A DNA stretch of 64,000 nt. Origin: the human T2T-CHM13v2.0 reference genome, Homo sapiens. This document shows, piece by piece, positions 11,310 through 29,375 of the stretch. Position numbers and translations under genes: made by a program. The notes under the pieces are model-generated. The model did no database searches. It was not told where the DNA came from and worked only from the letters and a program-made list of their open reading frames with translations. Positions within the stretch are counted from its first letter, which is position 1, and every line of letters begins with the position of its first letter. The stretch lies in assembly GCF_009914755.1 (NCBI RefSeq), contig NC_060933.1. One strand, given 5' to 3'.

Positions 11310-12600
11310 CTAATGGTCCGCATGGTGAGATCATCATTGGAGCCGCCCTGCGGTCCCCCGGAGAGAGCCTGGGCCGAGCAGAGGATGCGGGTCACAACGA
11401 CCCTGCAGGAGCTCACGCCCCAAGACACCGCGAGCGCAGTGCGACACTAGCGACGCCGGAGCCAAGGGCCAGAAAGAGGGCGAGACACACCCAGGTGGAT
11501 CTAATTAACCCTCCCTCTTGGAAAAAGAATGGGGGACGATGTCCAGGGCCCTGGATCTAGTGTCTGTCGCTGACCTTGGGCAGTCCCTGCCACGCTTGAG
11601 CCTCAGTTTCCCACCCGTAGGCAGAGCTGACCGTCTCCATCGCTGCGCTCCTTCCCTTCTGCTGGTTTTTCCTGGTCCTGGGAGGGACGCCTTCCTCTGC
11701 CCAGTCGCCCTCCCCCAGCCCTTGGCTGCGAGGTCGCCCGCAGAAACCCAACACTGCTGCCGCGCTCTCGGCGCGCCCGGCGAACCTAAGGTGTGGACGC
11801 GCCGCGAGGGTCCCCTGCTTGCGGGCGGCCATTAGGCGCCAGGCCCCTTGGCGCTTCGGCCCTGCTAGGCTCGGCGAGGGTCTTACCCAGACTGGCACGC
11901 GCCCCGCTCGCGTCCTTCTATTGACCTGTCAGCGCAGCTGGCGCAGGCAAGGGCCAGGGAGGCGCCCCCGAGACACTCAACCATCCCCGCACTGATGCGG
12001 GCCCCTGCTGCCCTGGGGACCCCTGCGGGGTCCTCGCAATCCTCCGGCAGGAAGCGGTCGGAGCTGCGGGCAGGGCCGCTAGGCAACCCGCCTGCCCGAG
12101 GCGCACTGCCCGGGGCACAGGCCCTCTGCGATGACTCTCCCCAACCCCCAGCTGCCCTGCTTGTGCCAGCTGTGGCCACCCCTAATCCTTGTCCCCTCGC
12201 TCTAGTGTCCAGGGCTCCGACCACCGCGCCAGAAGGGCTGGGCAGATCGTGCGCAACAGAAACCTACCCGGTTGGGGCGACCAGCTCGGTCCCCTGCGCG
12301 CGCCGAGGGCCGCCTCTGGTATTGCCCAGGCTGGCTAGCTCATCCCGGTGGAGGCGCCATCTCCGGGGCCCGGAAGGAGCGGGCGCAGCGCGGTTTGGGT
12401 GTGCGCCGGAGCCTCACCTCCTCCCGCCTCGCAGCTCAGGCGCAGGGCTCCCCTTGCTCAGGCGGGCCATGTGACCCGCGAGCTACGGAGAGACCGCGGC
12501 CCCCAAAGCGGCTTGGGGAAAAAGGACGGCAAAAGGCGCCAACTGATGGGCAGCCAGGGAAAAGCAGGAGTCGCCCCCAAGTCACGCAAACAGGAAGCCT
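11310..12600 (-). promoter_or_regulatory. PGAP4: CpG-island promoter and non-coding first exon(s) of PGAP4
   Basis: CpG-dense GC-rich island ~9 kb upstream of the coding exon; minus-strand donors TGG|GTAAGA (11886), CGG|GTAGGT (12267), GAG|GTGAGG (12417). Confidence 0.8.
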
Positions 12601-13010
12601 GTTTCTTTTGTGAGGGGACTAGAAGCCAGCATTATATTTCATCAGGTGTGTACATAGAGACTTATTCACACCAATGGAACGATATCTCTCAATGCGTGTA
12701 AACGCTTCATGAGAAAGCTGTTACTTTGGGTCTTGAATGTTTTTCAGTCTTCCCCAAACCCTCAATTTAAACACAAACGGCCACGAGAGACATAACGCCT
12801 GAGGTATGAGAAAGTATGCACATTGATTGAGAACAATCCCGGCAAAGCAAATAGGAAAAAGATACGGAATGATCCGAGGGAGGAAAAATGTGGGGGTCAA
12901 AAGAAAAGTAACAGCCTCCTACATTCCACCTTGGACTTTCCCTTCTGAATGGGTTTTCAGCACACAATTGTACGGCCTTACTCAGTGCTTCTAATCCTAG
13001 GTTTGCCTGT

Positions 13011-13305
13011 CTAGGCCACAGGTTAGCAACTACAGTTTGCTGCCTGTTCTTGTACAGCCCACAAGCTAAGAATGTTTTTTGCAATATTTCATGGTTAAAA
13101 ATGGAAGAATATTTCAGGGCTACGAAAATTATATGAATTCAAAATTTGATGATCGTAAACAAAGTTTTACTGCAACATAGTCATCATTTACATATTGTCT
13201 ATGGCTGCTACCATGAAAGAACAGCAGAGTTGGATAGTTGTGACAGAGACCTTATGACCCACAAAACCTAAAATATTTACTGCCTGATTTGCCAACACCT
13301 GCTCT
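13011..13305. mobile_element. MER58B-like hAT MITE
   Basis: tttacatattgtctatggctgct...gcagagttggatagttgtgacagagacc...aaacctaaaatatttact...tttgccaacacctg. Confidence 0.75.
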
Positions 13306-13759
13306 AAAAGGTCTGTTCAGTGGTCACAAGATAAAGCATTAAAGCCAGTAAATGCTCATATGATTTCTTCTTGTGTAAGTAAAATTGATACTAGATATTA
13401 ACTTCCTTTAGAACCTTACAAACACCCACCTGAGCACCCATTCATCATCTACTCTTTCAGCCAGCATTTACTGAAGAATGGTTCTGACATAGTGCCATCA
13501 CTATAGATGACAATGAAGTAAGAATGAGGTGTGGATCCTTCACTCAAGGAATTTGTCATTAGGAATGCTGGAAAACCTATATCTGAGGCTGGAAAGTATG
13601 AGAGCTGGATATAGCACAGAAAGGGAGCTTGGGAAGGTAGTTTCATTTCCTGGGAGAAAAAATGGGAGTCTGATATTCCGAAATTGGAGGATTGTAACCA
13701 ACACAAGTTGAATTCAGTTCACTGTCATTGGCTCAGTGCTGGGGTCTAATCTATTTACT

Positions 13760-13925
13760 GGCTATGACAAATTAACTCCTCTGTGCCTCAATGTTCTCAT
13801 CTATATATTGGGGACAGTGATATTTCCCTCATAGGTTTGTTGAGAGGTTTACATGAGATAATGTATATAAAGTGCTTAGCATTCTACCTGTCAAAATATC
13901 TAGCTTTCTATAAATGGTTGGTAGT
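13760..13925 (+). mobile_element. MIR fragment
   Basis: ctctgtgcctcaatgttctcatct...ctcataggtttgttgagagg...aaagtgcttagca. Confidence 0.7.
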
Positions 13926-13983
13926 TATTCACTTGTTTAACAAAAATTCATTGAGTACCTATTATGATGTTCCAGGCAATGTC

Positions 13984-14192
13984 TGTGCTGTCCAATCTCA
14001 TGGTCACTAGTCACATGTAACTACTTACATTTTAATTAATTAAAATTAAATAAAATGTAATAATCAGTCCCTCAGTAGCACTAGCCACATTTGAAATGCT
14101 CAGTACCTACATGTGGTTAGTGCTACTGTATTAGATAGTACAGCTATAGAACATCCCATCATCACAGAAAGTTCTATGAGATAGTGCTTTTC
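13984..14192. mobile_element. MER3 hAT MITE
   Basis: gctgtccaat...gcactagccacatttgaaatgctcag...catcatcacagaaagttctat. Confidence 0.75.
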
Positions 14193-14634
14193 TAGAGAGT
14201 AAGGATTCAGCTATGAACAAAACCAAGTCTCTGCCTTTAGGGAGCTTACATTTGGGTGGACAATAGATAATAAGCAAATAAATGCATACTATATCAGGTA
14301 TTGATAAATATTTTAAATAGTAAGATCAAACACTTCCCTAGTACTTTCTATGGCTGTTACTGTCCTGAGTGCTTTTTACTAACTCTTAATCACTCCAACA
14401 ACCCCATGAGACAGGTAAGCTAAGTAACTTACCCAAACTGCTAGAAAGAGGAAAAGCCAAAATCCAAACTGATGAAATCCGGCTTCAGAGTCCATTCTCT
14501 TAATCAACATGCTATATTTCTTCTCAAAGCAAAGCAAAAATAGAAAAAAAAGAAGAATAATAAAATAAGAGGTTAGACACTAGTAGTGGGTACTATTACA
14601 ATTATTATAGTAAACATCTTAACCTCTATGCAAG

Positions 14635-16900
<2,266 letters not shown>

Positions 16901-16909
16901 TTCAGATCA

Positions 16910-18570
<1,661 letters not shown>

Positions 18571-18809
18571 GTAAACTTATAAATCTCACTAAGTGCAGTC
18601 TTATCTTTCAAAGGTAGACTCTCTTCTGATTTTTCTCTGCCTTTTATTTGTTGGCCTCCCTTGGATGTTATCCACAGGTGAGTAGTTTAGCAGTCAGCCA
18701 TGGATTTGGGCAGAGTTTATACTCAGATTGATCATTACGCATTCTATGCATGCAACAAAATATCATGTGTACTCCATGAATATGTAAAATATTTTTTTTC
18801 AGTTTAACT

Positions 18810-21800
18810 AATAGATACTAAATGATTTCTTAGGTTAGGTTTTGTGAAATTACCAGCAGAAGCCATTGATTGTGAAATTTTAATTAAACTATGATCTTGC
18901 CAAGTGAAAAAGGTAGCATTAAGGGGACATAAGTTTCATTATGATATGGAATCTTATTTAATGTCTTGGTCAAAGCTGTTTACAGCATGAAAACATTAGC
19001 TTTTCTTTTTGATTTGTACTTTGAATGTCTCTGGTCATGACGTTAGCAGTTTGGTGAACTTTTGTACAGTCCATATCTTAGGCATGAGGCTTGTTTCTTA
19101 AAATCCATTTAGTTTTAGTTTATAGAGCTTTAGGAATAAGGCAGTTTTTGTTGGAGAGTTGTAGCCAAATATTGGGGGAGATTAGGAGAATGTAGGATCT
19201 AGTTCGGTCTATAGGTATATAACAAGATCTTGAAAACAATGTACAGGGATATAATCTAGTAACAGGTGTATCATAGGGTTTTTTTGAAGAAATATAATTT
19301 TATTTTTTAAAATATTGATCGTATAAGAATTTTAGATTTAAAAACTGTTTGAGGCTTGGAAGCCAAACAAAGGCCAACTTTAGATTTTATTTATAGTCTT
19401 AAGTTCTTGAGCCTGACAGGAAGTGACAATTTTTATTTACTCATTTTAAGGCTGAGAATTCTTGAAGATAGGCATTTTATGTACATTTAAAAATATGACA
19501 TTTTAGTTAAAGCCTTGTTAATATAACCAAAGTTTTAAAGCATATTTTGTTTATAAAGAGAGAGCAGATTTTAATTGAAATTATGTAAATAAAAATAAAA
19601 ATATTTATGAATGGTTTTTACATTTTTGGAGAATCAACTAGGGAGAAAAAGTAAATGTTTTCATCTTTGTTTACAAAAGTATACTTTCCCAAGTTCTCAT
19701 AAACTACAGATAGGTTATGAGAGAAAATTTTCTTAAATCTGGAGATAAAAACATTTAAGTAAAGAGCCAACAATGCTTTAAATAAAAGTCATAAGAACAT
19801 TATTCGTATCAATTATTCAATTTCATGTAATTAAATTTTTGTTTTGTTTAATCCTGATTAGTAGTTTTGTAAGTCCATTAGTTTTGTATTAGAGTTATGG
19901 AAATTTTCATTTAGTTCATTGATTTAAAACTTATCAGAAATCTGTGTGAGTACTTATTAGAATTCATTGCTTTTCCATGAAAAGCAATTTTAGACTATAG
20001 CTGATTGCAAAAACTTTTAAAGGACTCAAAGCAATAACTGTGGATAACAAGGACTCAGAAAAGCCATGGTCAAAATCTGATGAAAGTTTTCAGTTGACAA
20101 GGAAACTAGTTATTTTTACTGTATGTAGCATTTTAAGATAACCAGAATCAGGACTGACAGCATTACACCAGGACCATTAGACTTTTATAAATTTTATATA
20201 TTTTTTCAATTAGTTACCTGAATAGCATATTTATATAAATGTAACTTTAGAAAAGATTAATATAACAAACAAATTATCACTGATAACATTAGATTTTTAT
20301 GAATTTATATAATTTTTGGAACATTTATATCAATACCATATCCCTAAATGTAACTGAAAGAAGATTTACTACCATTTATTATTTGACAATGTCTTTTCTG
20401 CAATTTATCAAGTGCCTAATTATTTACTATTTCTATAAGATTTTATATATATTATATATTTTATATATATTATATATATTTTTTGTATAATATAAAATAT
20501 ATCTTATATATTTTATATATATTATATATATTTTATATATAATATATATTATATAGTTTATATATTTTATATATAATATATATTATATTTTATATATATT
20601 ATATATATTTTATATATAATATATAATATATATTATATATATTTTATATATAATATATAATATATATTATATATATTTTATATATAATATATAATATATA
20701 TATTTTATATATAATATATAATATATATTATATATATTTTATATATAATATATAATATATATTATATATATTTTATATATAATATATAATATATATTATA
20801 TATATTTTATATATAATATATAATATATATATTTTATATATATTTTATATATAATATATAATATATATATTTTATATATATTTTATATATAATATATAAT
20901 ATATATATTTTATATATATTTTATATATATATTATATATATTTCATATATAATATATGAAATATATTATATATATTTCATATATAATATGTAATATATAT
21001 TATATATGTTTCATATATAATATGTAATATATATTATATATGTTTCATATATAATATGTAATATATATTATATATGTTTCATATATAATATGTAATATAT
21101 ATTATATATGTTTCATACATAATATGTAATATATATTATATATGTTTCATACATAATATGTAATATATATTATATATGTTTCATACATAATATGTAATAT
21201 ATATTATATATGTTTCATACATAATATGTAATATATATTATATATGTTTCATACATAATATGTAATATATATTATATATGTTTCATACATAATATGTAAT
21301 ATATATTATATATGTTTCATACATAATATGTAATATATATTATATATGTTTCATACATAATATGTAATATATATTATATATGTTTCATACATAATATGTA
21401 ATATATATTATATATGTTTCATACATAATATGTAATATATATTATATATGTTTCATACATAATATGTAATATATATTATATATGTTTCATACATAATATG
21501 TAATATATATTATATATGTTTCATACATAATATGTAATATATATTATATATGTTTCATACATAATATGTAATATATATTATATATGTTTCATACATAATA
21601 TGTAATATATATTATATATGTTTCATACATAATATGTAATATATATTATATATGTTTCATACATAATATGTAATATATATTATATATGTTTCATACATAA
21701 TATGTAATATATATTATATATGTTTCATACATAATATGTAATATATATTATATATGTTTCATACATAATATGTAATATATATTATATATGTTTCATACAT

Positions 21801-24800
21801 AATATGTAATATATATTATATATGTTTCATACATAATATGTAATATATATTATATATGTTTCATACATAATATGTAATATATATTATATATGTTTCATAC
21901 ATAATATGTAATATATATTATATATGTTTCATACATAATATGTAATATATATTATATATGTTTCATACATAATATGTAATATATATTATATATGTTTCAT
22001 ATATAATATGTAATATATATTATATATGTTTTATATATATTATGTAATATATATTATATATGTTTTATATATATTATGTAATATATATATTTTATATATA
22101 ATATATATTATATATTTTATATATAATATATATTATATATATATTATATATAATATATAATATATATTTTATGTATAATATATATATTTTATATATAATA
22201 TATAATATATATTTTATGTATAATATATATATTTTATATATAATATATAATATATATTTTATGTATAATATATATATTTTATATATAATATATAATATAT
22301 ATTTTATATATAATATATAATATGTATTTTATATATAATATATAATATATATTTTATATATAATATATAATATGTATTTTATATATAATATATAATATAT
22401 ATATTTTATATATAATATATAATATATATTTTATATATAATATATATTATATATTTTATATATAATATATAATATATATATTTTATATATAATATATATT
22501 ATATATTTTATATATAATATATAATATATATATTTTATATATAATATATAATATATATTATATATATAATATATATTTATATTTTATATAAATATATAGA
22601 ATATATATTTATATTTTATATAAATATATAGAATATATATTTATATTTTATATAAATATATAGAATATATATTTATATTTTATATAAATATATAGAATAT
22701 ATATTTATATTTTATATAAATATATAGAATATATATTTATATTTTATATAAATATATAGAATATATATTTATATTTTATATAAATATATAGAATATATAT
22801 TTATATTTTATATAAATATATAGAATATATATATTATATTTTATATAAATATATAGAATATATATTTATATTTTATATAAATATATATTATATGTATTTA
22901 TATTTTATATAAATATATATTATATGTATTTATATTTTATATAAATATATATTATATGTATTTATATTTTATATAAATATATATTATATGTACTTATATT
23001 TTATATATAATATATATTATATGTACTTATATTTTATATATAATATACATTATATGTACTTATATTTTATATATAATATACATTATATGTACTTATATTT
23101 TATATATAATATACATTATATGTACTTATATTTTATATATAATATACATTATATGTACTTATATTTTATATATAATATACATTATATGTACTTATATTTT
23201 ATATATAATATATATTATATGTACTTATATTTTATATATAATATATATTATATGTACTTATATTTTATATATAATATATATTATATGTACTTATATTTTA
23301 TATATAATATATATTATATGTACTTATATTTTATATATAATATATATTATATGTACTTATATTTTATATATAATATATATTATATGTACTTATATTTTAT
23401 ATATAATATATATTATATGTACTTATATTTTATATATAATATATATTATATGTACTTATATTTTATATATAATATATATTATATGTACTTATATTTTATA
23501 TATAATATATATTATATGTACTTATATTTTATATATAATATATATTATATGTACTTATATTTTATATATAATATATATTATATGTACTTATATTTTATAT
23601 ATAATACATATTATATGTACTTATATTTTATATATAATACATATTATATGTACTTATATTTTATATATAATACATATTATATGTATTATATTTTATATAT
23701 AATACATATTATATGTACTTATATTTTATATATAATACATATTATATGTACTTATATTTTATATATAATACATATTATATGTACTTATATTTTATATATA
23801 ATACATATTATATGTACTTATATTTTATATATAATACATATTATATGTACTTATATTTTATATATAATACATATTATATGTACTTATATTTTATATATAA
23901 TACATATTATATGTACTTATATTTTATATATAATACATATTATATGTACTTATATTTTATATATAATACATATTATATGTACTTATATTTTATATATAAT
24001 ACATATTATATGTACTTATATTTTATATATAATACATATTATATGTACTTATATTTTATATATAATACATATTATATGTACTTATATTTTATATATAATA
24101 TATATTATATGTACTTATATTTTATATATAATATATATTATATGTACTTATATTTTATATATAATATATATTATATGTACTTATATTTTATATATAATAT
24201 ATATTATATGTACTTATATTTTATATATAATATATATAGGCTTTCTGTGGCTCAACTGGAAAATTTTAAAGTTAATTTTAGTCAGAAAGACCTAATTTAG
24301 GATTTTGAACCTAGGGAAACCTACCAAAGATGTCAAAGGTTTAAAACAGTTGTTTAAAACAGAATTACAGGTCATGGCTAAATAACATTTATTTATTTAA
24401 CCAGAGTGATAACCAAAAGACTTAAAAAAATAGAGTTTTAAAGGGGTTAAAAGGGTTATTTTTTTTACATCCATGTAGCTTTCTTTATTACTTTTAAAGT
24501 AATCCAAAACCTAGTAAATTCAATGCAGCAATTATCTTAATAAAACATAAAATGTTTGAGTTTTTTTTTTAAGGCCAGTTACAAAAAGGTAAAAAAACCA
24601 AACCAAAACAAAACAAAAACATCCTCCCATAGTGTGATTACGTTTCCTTATGTGAAGCTCATTTAAATAACTGGAAAGTCAAATCTGAGGAAATGGGTAC
24701 TTGAATTTAATCAGATGCCAGAAAAGTGTGTTCAGACTCCAGAAAAGTGAGTGAACTATATTATAGAGGAATGTAAACAGGAAAATGCCTTGAGCAGGGA

Positions 24801-27800
24801 AATACATTGACTCTTACTAACAGCATGGAAAGTTTTGGTTATATGGAACAATTTAGGCATGTCAAGAAAAGCCAAGACTAAAGAATCAAGTTACACTGGA
24901 GGAAAATATTGTTTTTTTAGAACTTTATGACAACATCTCAGCATTATGCCAGAAAAGCAGGGTTAAAACCAGAGAAAGAAAAGTTACAGGAGTTGACAAA
25001 GGTTGAGAGAGAGAGTTATCACCTCAACTAAGAAAAAAGATAAATCTTTTTTTAAGGGGAGAAAGAACAGAAGGCAATGATGTGTGATCTGCAAATCATG
25101 TGCAGCGAAGTCCAGCAAAAGTTGAACTTTTGAGATGTAAATCTGAGCAGTTTAAAAATATATATTTTAGAATTAAAAATCAAAACTTGTAATTTTAGTA
25201 AGAGCAAATTAATATTTTAAGAAAACGTTATTGTTTCAATGTAGAAGACCATAATTTTTAGTTTTGTATTAGTGTATTTTTAATATCAAAGCTTAATCTT
25301 TAGAAAGACTTTTAAATAATTTCTAAAAAGTTATAATATCACTTGATCACCCACAAAAATTTTTAAATACATTTTTAATGAACTTTATTAGAACTTGTAT
25401 ACACCATTGATTACATGTTTAGACATTTTGGTTTGTCTTACATGTTCTTTAAAAAAACCAAAAACAGTTATTTTAGTTTAGGACACAAATTTACCATACA
25501 AAATTTTTTTAATACAAAGTTATTGCTTTAGCTGTTATTTTTACCAAGAATACATTTTTATAGCATGTTTTACATTCTTTGAATTTATTGGTTTGTTTTT
25601 ATTGTTTTTTAATCTATATTTTGAAACAAATTTAACATGACCTTCAAATTAGACAAAATTATTTTTTCAATAAAGAATGTTTTTTCATAATTTTTTAATA
25701 TTAAAAACTATTTGTACACTTTATGTACAGAATTACATATTAATTAGAATTTTTAACTGTTAGTAACCTTAAATTTGAGTGAAAACTTAGGAAGCAAGAA
25801 ATCTGGAATAATCTATCTCATTTATAGATGAGAACTATTTTATAATTTTTAGAAACATTTTTCTATAACAATTTTTAAATTTTATTTGGAAATAACTCAG
25901 ACATTTAATGAATATCGATTATTTAATTTAACAGAACTTTAAGATTTTAAGTTCTATGAAAAGTTTATTTATAAGCATTTATTTCATTTATATTTACTTA
26001 ATTTAATTTTAACAGTTTACCTAGATTATTTATAAGAACTGAGATATTAGACAAAGATAGTCACTACTTTAAGTTACTTTTTTTGTTAACAATTTTTATG
26101 ACGTGTAAACATTAGGTATTCACCTAAGTGAGAACCTTAAAGTTAAATACATGAGTATTATCCCAATAACTTGGAAGAGTTAGCTGTTGTTTTAAACCAA
26201 CAATATTAATTTAGTTTTATTTATCAAAATATTACACAAAGGTCATTTTGTTTTAGGCTGGGTTAATAGTTTCATAACTCTCATGCCAAACCCTGACACC
26301 TTAATATATATAAACATATATGTGTGTGTGTGTATCTATCTATATAAGAAAAAATATAAAGTTGTCTGACCAGTAAACCCAGGCGAAAATGTATGTTGAC
26401 AATTTTGAAGACATTTTTATTTTTATTTTATCAATAATTTAAAAACCAGCTTATTTATTAAAGATTTACTTAAGTCATGAACTAAGAAGCATTTGGGTTA
26501 ATAACTATATATTCTATATTTTATATGAGTGCCCTTTTATCTAAATAAAAATGTTTAAGGGAATTTGGGTCAACTAAGCCAGATTTTGCCATGTAGACAC
26601 AACATACAACACAATACATGTACATATGTATAAATTTATTTAAACACATACATACACAAACAAAGAGCTTATAGTTTTTATTTTAGAATTTTAGTTAGGG
26701 GATAGTAATGTAAACTCATCAGTTTGTAAAAGATAGTTGGATCCAAATTATATTTTTGACAAAATTGGAACCTGTTTATATGGCTAAACCTTATTTGCCC
26801 CAGTAGGTAAGACTGTGGACCAAAATTTTGAGTAAAGCGTTTTTCAGGGCAGTTTGATTTTTAAAAACCTCTTTTATTCCTTTTTGCCCAGTTTTAGATG
26901 AGTTTAGATTTAAACTTTTAATGTTTGCATTGTGGTGAGGACTAGCTGAATTGTATGAGAAAAACCTCTCCCAACTTGCTTTGAATTAGTAACAATTTTA
27001 CAATTACTAAAGCAAATTAGTAAAACAAGTCTTTTGTTTGCCAGTCTGATTTGTTTGATTAGCACATGAGGGCAGGGAAGCATTTTAACCGTTTTTTTTT
27101 AGATTATTAATTTTTGAATTAAATGTTTTATTATTGTACACAATTGCTAATCAGGCAAACCTAAATTTATATTTTTGGAAGGTGTCCATGTTGTTAGTTA
27201 CTGTGGAGCTCTTGTAATTTGTAAAGCCGTTAATATGGTAGCCCTTTAAGAATTTTTTTTTTTTTTTTAATCTTGGCTGGAATGCCAGAGCAGTGAGATA
27301 GCAGTGAGTTTTATTTCACCACTAGCAGAAAAGCCAACATATTTAAAGTAGGAAGAAAAAAATAGAGAGACATAGAACTTAAAATACTACATGTTAACTG
27401 TATAGTTGCAGGTTTTTAAAATAATGGCCATTTATGTAGCCAGCTGGAGGCCCAGGAAACCTGGCATGCCTTAATATTTGAGAATTCCATTGTGTTTCTT
27501 ATTAATCCCTTAAGAGCAACAAAACTATAAATCCTATAAATCCAGGGAATATCAGGGGTTTAAATTGGTGTTTTAGATGGTGGTGAGTGCTCTAGTGGCT
27601 TTTAATTAGCTATCTTGTGTCTACTGTTTAGAATGTTTATTTTTTTCTTCCCAGAAGATTTTCAGAAATAATAAGGGAAAGTAGTCAAACGTAATCAAAA
27701 GAAACCAAGGTAAGAGTGTTCACAAAATTTTAACCCAGGTGTGCAGATCAAATGAAATACTAAACTACACATGGAACCCAGAGAAGACATGCCTCACAGA

Positions 27801-28564
27801 CCGAATGTAAATTCTCTAGAAAGCAAGAGTATTCAATTGAAAAAGACTTGTCTTTATACCAGGACTTACCAGAAAAGACTGGAAAAAAAAGTATTTTATA
27901 GCCCAGAAGGGATGTAAGATTTCTTATTAAAGTGGCCTTATTTAAACTAGATCCCAAATAAAGTAAAAAAGCCCCTGTCGAAAGGAGAGAGGCTCAGCTC
28001 ATAAGGGCCAAAAAGGTGAGCTGTGGAAGTGGAGGGATCAAAGGGCTCAAGTGAGTACTGCACACTGGTTCCAAAAGCCATCAATTTCTTCCAATAGTGA
28101 CCTTTTTCACATCCCACTTCTGATATCATATATGTCAACCTAAATAACAGAGTCTCTCAAAAAGAAAAAAAAATGTGTATTTGGGAATAGAACATTGCAG
28201 TGGGAATATGCATGCCATAGTAAACTATGTTTGTACTCAAGGAGGTAAAGGAAGGCTAAGGTTTTTAAAGAAAAAAAAAGGAGGCTTTCATAATTGTTTT
28301 GAAGTAATTATTCTTGACTACTAAGATCTGTAACAAGCGCAACACCATTTTGAGGTTGGACAGGCAGTTGCTGGACAGATGTCTGTGCAGAAATATCTTT
28401 TGCATAAAGTTGCAATGGCCTTTGTGCAAAGTTGTGATTTTTGTAGTCTTTTGTGTTATCAGGCATACAAATGTGAGAACTCTCTCTTCATGGCCTTCCG
28501 TGGCTTTATTTGTTGGAATTTTCTTGACATTAGTGGATCCATTTTTATTCTGACAACTTTCACA
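18810..28564 (-). mobile_element. ERV1 MER4-group provirus remnant (MER65-like): 5' LTR 28133-28564, PBS, non-coding internal region, no 3' LTR seen
   Basis: Minus-strand LTR begins tgtgaaagttgtcagaataaaaatgga and ends ...ggttgaca; PBS tgatatcagaagtgggat (28111-28128, degenerate tRNA-Leu type); internal part split by the AT minisatellite. Confidence 0.7.
20440..24238. repeat. Composite AT-rich minisatellite (VNTR), ~3.8 kb
   Basis: Blocks: 34-bp unit (aatatgtaatatatattatatatgtttcatacat, ~20940-22050), 32-bp unit (~22570-22880), 33-bp unit (atgtacttatattttatatataatatatattat, ~22880-24238), plus degenerate TA spacers. Confidence 0.97.
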
Positions 28565-28904
28565 ATATTTGTGTGTGCATGAGGGGGTGACTACTTGAGA
28601 TTAACTTGCAGACGCAATGTTCCTTTATCTCTAACTACCTCCATGTCTATTTTGTAAGCACAAAGACATTCTAGACATTATATACAACCCTAATTTAATT
28701 TTCAAAATTGAGAAATTAATATTAATATAATATATTATCTAATATACAGCCCTTGTTTAAATTTCATCATTTGTCTCACTAATATACTTTTTACCCAAAG
28801 AAAAAAGTTTAGTTCAAGATCAAATCCAGAATTATGTTTTGCATGTATTTGTTTTGCCTCTTTAATCTCCTTTAATCTGGAACTGTTTCTTGGTCTTTTT
28901 ACTA

Positions 28905-29375
28905 GTTTCCTACTTCAGCTATAAAAATTATCGCAACTTTAACGTCTTAAAAACACACAAATTTATTATCTTAGAAGTCTGAAGTCAGTCCTGGTAATCC
29001 AAAGTCATGGTGTCAACAGAGCTGGTTCCTTCCTGAGGCTCTGAGGAGAGAATCCATTTTCTTGTCTTTTTTAGTTTTTAGGGCTCTCACACATTTCTTG
29101 GATCATTGAGGCTCTTCCTCGCATTACTGTAACCTTTTACATACATCACCACATCTGTGACTACTAACTCTGACTCTCCTGCCTCCTTCTTACAAGGACA
29201 CTTGTGACTATAATGGGCCTACCCGGATAATCCAGATAATCGCTGCATGTCAATGTTCTTAATTTAATCACATTTGCAAGACTTGTTTTTTTTTTTTACT
29301 ATGTATGGTAACATATTCACAGGTTTCAGGGATTAGGAAATAGATATCTTTGGGGGTCATTAGTCAGCCCACCAG
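28905..29375 (-). mobile_element. MLT1C/D/E-like MaLR LTR
   Basis: aacacacaaatttattatctta...gctggttccttcctgaggctctgaggagagaatcc...ggggtcattagtcagcccacc. Confidence 0.75.

Noticed and set aside
11518-12701. Overlapping 66-159-aa ORFs in the CpG island (similar ones at 62244-63043)
   Set aside because: Expected from stop-codon scarcity in GC-rich DNA; mostly non-ATG starts and no recognisable domains
20440-24238. CRISPR-like 32-34-bp periodicity
   Set aside because: Units are directly tandem with no unique spacers, no cas genes, and the DNA is eukaryotic
22988-24300. 435-aa and 195-aa ORFs of repeated MYLYFIYNIYY
   Set aside because: Artefact of a stop-free 33-bp (11-codon) minisatellite unit; no promoter, splice or compositional support
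28111-28128. G-to-A changes in the PBS as evidence for APOBEC3 editing
   Set aside because: Both changes are in GT context, not the GG/GA contexts of APOBEC3, so they were not used as support
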